From positions 248,001 to 312,000 of the forward strand of contig RSEE01000020.1 in assembly GCA_003971905.1 (NCBI GenBank): a stretch of DNA of 64,000 nt, in the 5' to 3' direction. Positions 13,451 through 23,461 of the stretch are shown here, one piece after another. The translations under genes were made by a program, and so were the position numbers. The notes beneath the pieces were generated by a model. That model was not told the origin of the DNA. It did no database searches and saw only the letters and a program-made list of their open reading frames with translations. Each line of letters opens with the position of its first letter. Within the stretch, counting starts at the first letter, position 1. This DNA is from Moniliella sp. 'wahieum' (lineage: Eukaryota).

Positions 13451-13762
13451 GACCACCGGGCCTACGGCCCGGTCAGCTGGGGCTTCGCCCCAGCTTGGTG
13501 CTTGGTGTACCGTCGCCACCTTAGCCACCGTTCCCCCGTCGCCATCGTAGCCCCATAGCCACCATTCCACGCTGGAGGAATTTTATCACCCACATGTGCA
13601 TGGCTGAGCGCGGGGGGTGGGTTGCGGGGCTGCGGCCCGCGCAAACAACGCAAACAAATAGGTAAGCAACAAATAGGTAAGCATGACGTAAAGTAAAAAG
13701 GGGGTCTGCGTTATATAGCGTTCCCCCTGTCCCAGCCTTAAGCTCTGTCAATGATGTGGATT
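13451..13762 (+). mobile_element. Short non-autonomous element: double-hairpin head plus RLE-retroelement 3' tail (SINE/SIDE-like)
   Basis: Head gaccaccgggcctacggcccggtcagctggggcttcgccccagcttggt is shared with 48801 and 61347. Tail gcgttccccctgtcccagccttaagctctgtcaatg (13718-13753) is near-identical to ~16899-16933 and to the reverse complement of ~14408-14443. Confidence 0.7.
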
Positions 13763-14392
13763 CAAAAAGGGAGATCCTTTAAGCTTTGAGCACACGCACA
13801 GGTCACCCTGGTCACCGGACTTCTCACCAGCGATTGTTTGCGGACATGGTGAACACGTTCACTGAATGAGGTGACGTGAACGCGTCGGAAAGGACCCAGC
13901 AACATGTGGGATACACATGTGATGGGACGTGGGACGTCGCATGTGACATTGTGACTGGACGCTGGACACTGCCTGCGCTGCCAAGCGCTGTGAGGCCTGA
14001 GGCTCAGGCCTGAGGCTCAGGGACCAATAAAACGCGAAATTTTATGCACTCAAGAGCATCTTGATTCGGAACGCGAACGCTATTATACCGGTCGCGGGTA
14101 TATAAATCGCCCCCACACCGTGTAGTATTAGTCCTTGCTGTTTTTATAGAGAGCTTTGACCACACCGATGGTTATTAATGCGCTCAACCACACTTAACTC
14201 TCCTCCATCCCATCAGCCGCGTGCTGCCTCCTGCTCATCGACAAGCAGGTTCAGGCCTCCGGTTCTATATATGGGTTATAGCGCCAACAAGCAACACACG
14301 CTGGATAAGCAGGTTGGTTAGGTTCATCGAGTTCATCGTTTCTTTGTCTATGGTTTTGGACGTAATTGGAGGCAGCTGTCATGGCCCTCTTA

Positions 14393-14752
14393 TTGTGTGT
14401 GCATTCCATTGACAGAGCTTAAGGCTGGGACAGGGGGAACGCTACGTCTAAACCGAACCGTTCATCTTGCGGGGGTTACTTGGAGCGCCACCAGATTAAG
14501 GGACCAGGGGGATCGCAGGTATCAGGACCCTCCGGCTCACGCCATCCGGTCCGTACCCTAGGAAGCGCGTGTGGACACGGAGGAGGAACGTGGTTGACAT
14601 ACGAGCGAGGAACCATTTCCACTGAGACTTAGTAGCCAATCCTTCCAATGCGCAAACAACTTGCGCCGTCTTGGTGCCGTAGTATCCTCGCGTCGTCAAA
14701 AACCAGGGGGAAAACGGTTCTTGAGTGCGTCCTGTACTTGGCGTTCTTGTCG
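14393..14752 (-). mobile_element. 5'-truncated copy of RLE (CRE-like) non-LTR retroelement
   Basis: Near-identical inverted copy of ~16587-16945; encodes DKNAKY..TQEPFFPLVLTTRGYYGTKTA...QWKWFLARMSTTF. Confidence 0.8.
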
Positions 14753-14959
14753 ATAAGTAATCCGGTAATTGGCAATCCTTCCCTCCTCTCCTTCCTTCCT
14801 TCCTCCCTTCCTATTAGCCAGTCTACTCTCTACCAACGAAGCCTTTGTCTCCTTGAGTACCTGGTTCTACCCGTCTCCCCCCGACCCTTTATACTACCAC
14901 ACACACGGAGAGAAAGTCGTCGCTTTTAGCGCCCAATACCCCACACTCAGTATACACAA

Positions 14960-15150
14960 CACACATGTGACATGCAACACCTGTCGTGTGACTATGTGAC
15001 GTGACATGTGACCTGTAGCTGGTGCTGTGCTGCGACCGGGTGCGTGTCGGACAGGGGCCAGGTGAGTCCGGTGACCGATGACCACTGACCGGTGACCAGG
15101 TGAGTACTCAGACTGAGTACACTGAGTGACTGACTGAGTAGCTGAGTACC
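14960..15150. repeat. Heptamer quasi-palindrome arrays (acatgt[g], accggt[g], agtact[c/g])
   Basis: cacatgtgacatg, gtgacgtgacatgtgac, ccggtgaccgatgaccactgaccggtgacc, tgagtactcagactgagtacactgagtgactgactgagtagctgagtacc. Confidence 0.8.
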
Positions 15151-15711
15151 GAGAGTGCGGGGAAAACAGGACTCGGTATTCAGTTGCACACATGCAAGGT
15201 GGTTTGCCACGATGCGTGGGGTGGATCCCAACAAGCAATCGCGATGTGCTCAAAGTATTGTGGGGAGGCGAGCAAGGCAAAGGGGAGATCGTGTGATGCA
15301 GTCAAGGGGAGGCCGCCCGGAGGGGCAACAGGGAGGAGCGGAACAGGGGCGGAACAGGGGCGAACAGAGGCGGAACGGGGCCGCCTGGCCGCCTCGCACA
15401 AGTATTTACGAGGAGTGCAACGACCGATGAGCAGGGCCAGAGAACGGGTTGGGGTGTCCTATATGTCCAGGGCCCAGCGCCCAACGGCGACCAGCCTGAC
15501 ACTCGTACTCAGACTGAGTATCGGACTAAGTACTCAGTGTGCTCAACAATCGCTCTGTCGAGCCACCGCGGTCGCTCGTGTGTTTTGGCCAGCCTCCCTT
15601 CAGTCCATCTTCAAGCAGCTTCAGGCCTCACCTCAGTTAAGAGTTCCTGATAAGAACCTGGAATCTGGATGGTCCTCGAGGGTGATGCAAACGCACTGAT
15701 GGTGGTGGTGG

Positions 15712-15982
15712 GGTCTAAGCCAACCAGCAACGCCTACTGAGGAACATCAAGCAGCGAGTGGCCACACACCAGGGACTATACTGTTGAGCAAGGAAAACAG
15801 GGGAGAAAAAACAGAACTCCCAAGCATGAGGAGGAACTGAAGGGACATTGGCCAAAGCACGAGTCACCCGGTGGCTCAACAGTTCCTTTGTTTTCTCGTT
15901 TCTGCTTTCCTTGTTCCGTGGCCTAGCCCCTGGTGGCGACTGGCTGTGCTTGATGTTCCGCAGAGAAGTTGGTTGACGTAAA
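15712..15982. repeat. Two tail-to-tail inverted copies of a ~100-150 bp dispersed repeat (fold-back/MITE-like)
   Basis: 15712-15820 (caaccagcaacgcctactgaggaacatcaagcagcgagtggccacacaccagggact...caaggaaaacagg.gagaaaa..gaact) aligns with the reverse complement of 15880-15982. Further copies at ~16974-17125 and ~56541-56660. Confidence 0.65.
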
Positions 15983-16218
15983 ACTCCTGATCTCATCGAC
16001 CATCGATCATTATCATGCATCACGCTCAACCGCTTCCTTACTCCGTTACACGTCACATGCATCATTTGTTTCATGTTTCATGCCGCATGTCACACGTCAC
16101 GTGTCACACAGCATACATCACGCATCATGTCAATCGCACGTTTGATTACGGGGATCTGAGATCCGAGATCGATCCGAGATCTCGCCTGGAGTCGTGCTGC
16201 GTGACGCGTGATGCATGA

Positions 16219-16945
16219 TGGCCCTCCAGCGTAGTGCAATTTTGCACTAACCCGCACCCAGGCCAAGTTTGGTGCGTTGCATGAGGCAGTGCGGGAGCCC
16301 ATTCTCCAGCTCCTACGCTCCATCCCCGACACCCACGTCCACAACGAACCTATGGTGGAGGAAGAGGATGGGACGAGGCGCGGACGGAAGGCACAGCGCA
16401 CCGATTACCGCGTGATGGGGCCCGGAGCACTGGGAGGAACCGGAATGGAGGTAGACCACACGCTGCGCGACACGGGATCGCAGGAGGCGCAGAGCGCGTA
16501 CCGGCGGGTGGTGCATGAGAGCACAGCGTCGCCTTTGGAACGCCGGGAGAAGGAACTGCTTCGGCTGCTTGAACAAGCAGAATGCGACAAGAACGCCAAG
16601 TACCAGGGACGCACTCAAGAACCGTTTTTCCCCCTGGTTTTGACGACGCGAGGATACTATGGCACCAAAACGGCGGGCAAGTTTTTGCGCATTGGAAGGA
16701 GTTGGCTACTAAGTCTCAGTGGAAATGGTTCCTCGCTCGTATGTCAACCACGTTCCTCCGTGTCCACACGCGCTTCCTAGGGTACGGGACCGGATGGCGA
16801 GAGCCGGAGGGTCCCGATATCCTGGCAATCCCCCTGGTTCCTTGACCTTAGTGGCGCTTCCAAACAACCCCCAAGATGAACGGTTCGGTTTAGACGTAGC
16901 GTTCCCCCTGTCCAGCCTTAAGCTCTGTCAATGGAATGCACACAC
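16219..16945 (+). mobile_element. 5'-truncated non-LTR retrotransposon, restriction-like endonuclease (RLE) C-terminus plus 3' UTR (CRE-clade-like)
   Basis: ORF 16277-16780: LHEAVR..VHNEP..RTDYRV..EVDHT..AECDKNAKY..PFFPLVLTTRG, a PD-(D/E)xK RLE motif order. C-terminus continues in a shifted frame (WKWFLARMSTTFLR). Three copies in the window share this 3' end with different 5' ends. Confidence 0.78.
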
Positions 16946-19111
16946 TATAGTGTTGGAGGGTGGTTATGCAATGGTCTAAGCCAACCAACACCAAATACAA
17001 CACTTATACCGTGAGGCACACTAAGCAACCAGTCACTACCGGGCCTGGCCTGCCTGGCCGCAGAAGGAAAGACAGAAGTCAGAAAATAGTGGAGCTCCTA
17101 GGTCTGAGGAGGGGCTAAGCACGCTGCCGTTGAAGGGACCATGGCGCCTTGCCCAGCAAACGCAAGACCACAGGCCACACTCTGTGACTTAACAATGAAC
17201 ACATCATGCCGATCACATGTGTCCTGCGTCCCTTGTCCACCGTGTCAGACACCAACATGCAACAAGGCCTGGGTGCAGTACAACATATTGGACCCGTATC
17301 ATATACTAGAGCTATCGGCGCTACTGACGCTCAGCAAAACTCCGAGCCACGAACAGACAACAAAGCGCTGAGCCATAGGGGCACAGGGACCACCCTGGAC
17401 CACCCTGGATCACCCCAGACTATATACTTTACATAGTGAGTGAGTCTTAGCGTTCAGGCGCTCAGTAAAAGGTTGAGCGTTGAGCTGTAGGCTAGGCTCA
17501 GGCCCTCAACAGGCGCTGAAGCGCTGAAGCTGGCTCAAGCGCTCAAGCTTCCAGCTTCAAGTCGGTCCGCCATCCGCATCCTATACGCCAGAGCACGGCC
17601 GCTCCCTTCAGGCCACAGGGCCTCATCCATGATCATCGACTATCCGCAACCACCGCGGCTTGATTCGCCATAGGCGCTGTGACCGTGACGTGTGATGCAT
17701 GATGCGCGACGCATGACATATGCCCCCAATGGCCCTTTCTGACGCGTAGTATATGGCCTAGGCGCTGGTGGCCCCGGTCTACGCCCATGGTGAGTGGACG
17801 AGGTCGAGTGGGGTATTGGGATCCAAGATCGATCTGAGAGGCAATCGAAATGATTAACGACCCCTGGAGGTTGGGGGGGGGGGGCTAGGCCTGAATCTCT
17901 GGCCTCACGCGGACCGTCACGTTCAGCCTTATAGGCTTTAGGCCCCTTAAGCCGTAGACCCCTTAGACGCTTAGGTCTTAGGCTCCTGGATCGTGAATTG
18001 CGTGGCAGGGGAGGGTAGCACAGGCGCGCGCAGTGGCAGGTTTAAGCACGTCCGCGTGTTGAGTGCATTGATTATTGAGCACAAGCACCGCATGTGTTGG
18101 GTACTGAGTTTTTCCTCGGTGGACCCGGGCGAGTACGAAGGACAGGGTGCAGCGGCGTGCGCGTCCCAGGGGAAACGTCACACGTCACACGTCACATGTC
18201 ACACGTCGTTGCATCACGTGTCACATGTCACATTGAATATTGAATGTCTAGCGTGATACGATACAAGCTGCCTGCGGCATATGTTGCTGCATGTGCCCAT
18301 CCATGCGTCCGGCGCTCACGCACCGCTAAAATACACACGCCCATTCGGCTCCCGACCCGCGACCCCTCCTGTTCCCCACCTCCCTCTGCCCTTTGATTGG
18401 CTCTTGCTCGTGGCCTGGCTTCCTGCTACCACCACCACCCTTCCCCGTCGCCCAATCTTTCGCAACCAGACGCCTCCCGTGCCTATATCCGAGCGCTAGT
18501 CTCGACTTCCGCCTCCGGCCCGAATTTCCAATTGCAGCCACCAGCAGCGGCACGCAAGAGTCTCCTCCTTTGCCTACGAGCTGCCGCGGCCTGTCCTTCT
18601 TTCGGTCCGTTGCCGGTTCCTTGGCGTTGCCCATATTGCACTTGCTCGCCGGCACTTGCACTTCCTCCCGCTCAGCGCTCACTCACTCGTCACGGCGCCC
18701 CTCTCCACGTCGCGCACTCCCTACTGTTGTTATTCGACTTCCAGGGCCCATTTCTGCTCAGCCTGAGCGCTCACCCTTTCTGCTCACGACACGCCGTATC
18801 TCCGTCGCGCCACCTAAACTGTGCGCTACCCGCGGTTACCACTACTAGTCGCCCAGTCCCATCGCCCTTTGCCGGCCATACTAAGTAAGGTTGCGACTGA
18901 GCCCACCTTGTTATCCCGTGGGCCCCACACACCTCACCCGCCTCTTCCCTGTGTCCGAATCAAACTATATCGTTGCTCATTCCATCTCGCGCCTGCAACC
19001 ACGCCCGCGCCCACATTTACGCACCTGACCACGACCACGACCACGTCCACGACTACACTCACGCCGACCCCACCTCACCCTTCTCGCCCCCTCTCCGTTG
19101 TTCTTTAAACC

Positions 19112-19930
19112 ATGACGACCTCGACTAAGACTTTTACGAAATCCGCGCGTTCTTCCCATCTCCTCGCGATCCCGTTCCGCCTCGTCCATTGAACCACCCC
19201 CTCCCTCTTCGACGTCAATGGAACGACCACAAGCGATGCATCAGTCCCCCCGCTGCTCGGAACGAGCTCTATGGCTATGCCCTCTGGCGTACCTGTGTGA
19301 AGAAGTGGTGCTTCGTCTCTTTGCCTGCCCGACTACCTCCCATTCCGCCCGACGGTCACGATCAAGTACCTTGTCTATGCTTCCGTCGGTGCCGTTGATC
19401 GAGTTTATTGCGTATGCGCTGCACCGTACACAACTACCCCTGTTGGTTATTTACCATGCGCTGTACCTATTGCGTCGTCTCAAGCACCGCTTCCCTTTTC
19501 GCGTGGCAGCTGTGGCCATCGCCTCTTCATCTCTGCTCTGATACTGGCAAGCAAGTCGATGTGCGACGATACGTACTCCAACCAGTCCTGGACCATCGTG
19601 TCGCACGGATTCTTTACCTTGCGCGATATCAACACGATGGAGAAAGAAACTGTTTGCCTTTCTCAACTACCGCGTCAACGTACGGGCAGAACAGCTACTT
19701 TCCTTTGCTCACCTACTCGAAGCAGGCCAGCTGGACCGTGCCCTTCTGCCCCCGGACGAGCTGGAACGGCAAAAGAGCGAACAGGAAACACCAATATCCC
19801 CACCCCGTGCCGCTATTGCCTCTTCCTCTTCCTCCCCTGCACCTTGCCCGATTCGGCAGCTCACTCCTATCGATCCACGCCACCGTCTTCAGTGGATTCT
19901 GATTTAGAACCCGAGTGGGCGCCTTGTTAA
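19112..19930 (+). CDS. Pho80/PCL-family cyclin
   Basis: LIEFIAYALHRTQLPLLVIYHALYLLRRLKHRFP, [GHRLFISALILASK], CDDTYSNQSWTIV..FTLRDINTMEKE: cyclin box of Pho85-type cyclins. Frameshifted. Confidence 0.88.
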
Positions 19931-20234
19931 TTTTCTAATCGACCTCAGGCCTGAGCTTCAGGCTCTGAGGCCTCACCGGTTGCTTGTGCTTGTTTGCGTC
20001 CGAATTGCATCCACGATATATGATCTTACGGGTTCCCATCAATTTCTAGTCGATTGCCCCTGGAGCGAGTTTTCTTGCGGTAGTAGCTGTGTTAGAGGGT
20101 ACTGCTAGGGTTCTCCAGCGCGGCCCTCAATGGATCGGTGACGCTCGCCTAGCCGAGCGGAAGCGTTCCGCTCGCAGGCCGCGCACGCCCTGCTCGCTCC
20201 ATCTCCCTTCTCTCTCTCCTTTCTCCTTCCCTTC

Positions 20235-20385
20235 AGACGTTGCTTGAAGACTTGTGGCTCACCCTTTGCCTTCACGCCTTGTCTGAAGTACGCCTCTGCT
20301 TCCTTTCTTGACCTGTTGCTCCTCACAATGAGACGTTGCTTGAAGACTTGTGGCTCACCACTTTGCCTTCACGCCTTGTCTGAAG
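20235..20385 (+). repeat. ~54-bp direct duplication
   Basis: agacgttgcttgaagacttgtggctcacc(a)ctttgccttcacgccttgtctgaag at 20235-20288 and 20331-20385. Confidence 0.9.
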
Positions 20386-22285
20386 GCTGCTTCGCAGCTG
20401 ATCCATAGGATCGCGAGTGCTCCCAAGTCGCACTCTAGCAAGCTGTTGTAGTCGGGCCAAAATGGTTGAAAAGGCTGGAAGGCTTGGCGCTTCAACTGTG
20501 GGAAGCTTAAAACTGTGAGAGTACTTGGTAACAGACAGTAAGAACTCCGACCTAGTATACTCTCCACATCAGGTCTCAGTCCCGCAGCCTCAGAGGGACT
20601 CAGTGGGCCTCAGGCCTCAGGCCTCAGGCCCTTCAAAAGGCCATCTCAGATCTCAGGCCGCCATATGAGGCGTAATGCGTAAGGCCGGGCTTAAGGCTGG
20701 TAATGCTTTATGCCTTGAGGGCACTCAGTACTCAGTGGTCTTAGAGCTTAATACCCCAGTCCGTCCAGTTATTATTAATAGTCAACATTCATGTTGTGTG
20801 ATCTGCGCGATCGTCATAATTGGATCGATTATTGATATCGATTAAATGTTCGTGCAGAATCATATGATGGTCCAACACAACCAGGGGTTGCTCCTGCGGC
20901 CGCACAAATGGCGCTGATGAGCTCATGCATGCAGAGGGCCGCTCACGCGCGTATGGCTCTCTTTGGCAATTTCTCCATCCCATTATCGGCACGGGTGCGC
21001 TTCCCCATAGTTCAATGACGATGCGACTCGGAAGCCCTTCCAGAAGGACGACGCTTGCTGCGCCCAACACACCCCTTCCAGACTCAAAGGCTCTAAACCA
21101 AAAGGGATATATGATCAACCGACATTGGACGTGCCCCTGAAGGACACGGAGTTTGAAAGATTGACGTTCATGACTATTAGTCCAAGGTTACTAGTTACTA
21201 CTAATAGTTGCTAGTTACTAGCTAGTTCTGCATAGTATAGCTTTAGTTCACTAGCTTCTCACTAGTCACTTGACTCCTAGCTTCCGAGAATATATTCCCT
21301 CAAGTACTTAGTGACTCTGCCTGGGTGCTCAACCAGCGCCTTCGAGCCCCTGCCTTTTCTTTGGGGAGGAGGAGGGGCAGGGTGTATGGGTGTGTGTGGA
21401 ATCGATAATCGATAAACAGAAGCGCAAAAGTGAGCTATGGGTAACCGGTAATAGTAACCTGTAACGCGTAACAGTATACTATAACGCACGCACGCGTTGC
21501 CATGATCTCGTACGATCGTAGCCGCTGCCGCAGGGGATGATCATGTTTCAATCCCAGGCATAGTCTTGGAGCTTGAAGCTAGTGGAGCTTGAAGTTGACG
21601 TTCGGCTCACCTTTGCAGTCGTTGAGCTTCTCGAAAACGTATATAGTACGTTGATGAGCTCAAGGAACTCAACGTCATTAATCATTGTCGCAGTGTCACA
21701 TGTCAACCTTGAAGCTTGAAGCTTTTCAAGCTTGAACGTCTTCAACGTTGAACGTTGAACGTACGTCTCTACTTGTATTCATGGCGTTCGTTCTTCGGAT
21801 GCATCAGATCTCACAGGTCGGCAAGTACTCCGTACATATCTTCGATGAAAGTTGCCACCTCATTTACTCTCCTCGCTCTCACGAGTACCACATACCTCAG
21901 CCGCCAGAATCTCTCTCTCTCTGCCGAGGCTCAATTTCGGCGAGATGAAAGCATTGCCAAATCAAGGTACTAGGACTTGCAGTCAGATTCCAGAGCCACT
22001 CCACTGTGAGCTCGGCTACTCAATGCACTTTGTTGGATTCAACCTTCGAGATCCCCTGGGGCGTCCAAGTAAATCCACCGTGCGCCTCGCCCGTCTTTAT
22101 ACCTTCCCCCATCCTGGTTCGCGCAGCAGCCACGACAAGGATACAAAAAAGTGCACATTCGCCAACCACAGTGAATAGGCTGGCCTGGGGTGAGGAGACA
22201 AGAGGGGCACGAGCCAGCCCATCCTGACTCGCCCTCGTGATAGAGGGAGATAAGTTCGATAAGTGGGCTTGAAACAGGTACACGA

Positions 22286-23461
22286 CTAAAAGTCCGGAAA
22301 CAGGTACCCGTACGGATCGGGTCGTTCGGGTTGGTTGTACTCGCTAGTGTCGACCTCCTCATAGCGTTCAAACCTGCCAGGCAGATGCAGATCGTCAGCG
22401 ATGAGTACACTTTGGGGAATACATAGGGCGCAGGAGACGGGGAAATTGCCTGCGGGAGGTGTTCAACGTACTGGCTGCCGTCTCCGTCCACACCAATTGA
22501 GGGAATGTAGGGCGCATGGATCTCTCTCCGAGCCAGTTTGCTCCAATCCACCTCGGCAAACCACAAATGCGAAAAGACATCATGGGACCCCCTAGCGAGG
22601 TTACCATACCTCTTGGTCAAATCGGGTGTGAGCAGGTTCTTGAGCAGGTCCTTGACCCCCGTGTCAAAAAATGGGGGGTAGCGCACTTTGCACGCCACGA
22701 TTTTCTCATACAACTTGATGGGATTGCCATCATCGGTGAAGAACGGTGGATGACCCGCCAGCATCTCATACAGTAGCACTCCCAGCGCCCACCAATCCAC
22801 TGCCTTGGTGTACGGCTTGGACGACACAATTTCGGGCGCAAGGTAGTCTGGCGTGCCACATAGCGTCCAGGTCACATCTGGCACGTACTTGGCAAACCCA
22901 AAGTCGGTCAACTTCAGGTGGCCATCAGAGGCAATCAGAATGTTCTCTGGCTTCAGGTCGCGGTAGACAAACCCATGGGAATGGAGATAGTCGAGAGCAA
23001 GCGCCACCTCGGCAGCGTAAAACTTGGCCACCGGGGCTGGGAAGCGTTGGCTCTTTCGCAACAGCGTAAACAGCTCTCCCCCGGGACAAAGTCCATGACC
23101 ATGTAGAGAAAAGAAGGGTCCTTGAACGTGCCCCAGATATTGACGAGGAAAGGGTGGCGCACCGCGGCCAGCACGGCTCGCTCCGAGTTGGTGTGTTCGA
23201 CCTGCTTCATGCGCACCACCTTTTCCTTGCGCAACACCTTGATCGCATACGGCCGGCCATTGTGCTGGGAGCGGACAAGATGCACGCGGCCAAAGGAGCC
23301 GGTGCCGAGGGTTTTTGGATGGCAAAGTCGCTGAGGGTGTAGCGGCCACTGAGGGTGCGCTGCTGGGGCGTGGGCAGGTGGGGCTGGGCTCGGGGGTGGG
23401 AACTAGGCTGCGGGTGGAGGTGGGTGACGGGCTCAGGCGGTGCAGTGAGGACCTGGGCCAT
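22286..23461 (-). CDS. PKA1: cAMP-dependent protein kinase catalytic subunit (Adr1/Pka1-type)
   Basis: [73 protein letters not shown]. Intron 22374-22471, then FERYEE...[12 protein letters not shown]. Confidence 0.95.

Noticed and set aside
13451..13520. Hammerhead or HDV ribozyme, or tRNA-derived SINE head
   Set aside because: No CUGANGA/GAAA core, no nested pseudoknot that I could identify by eye, and no A/B boxes. A formal Infernal search was not run.
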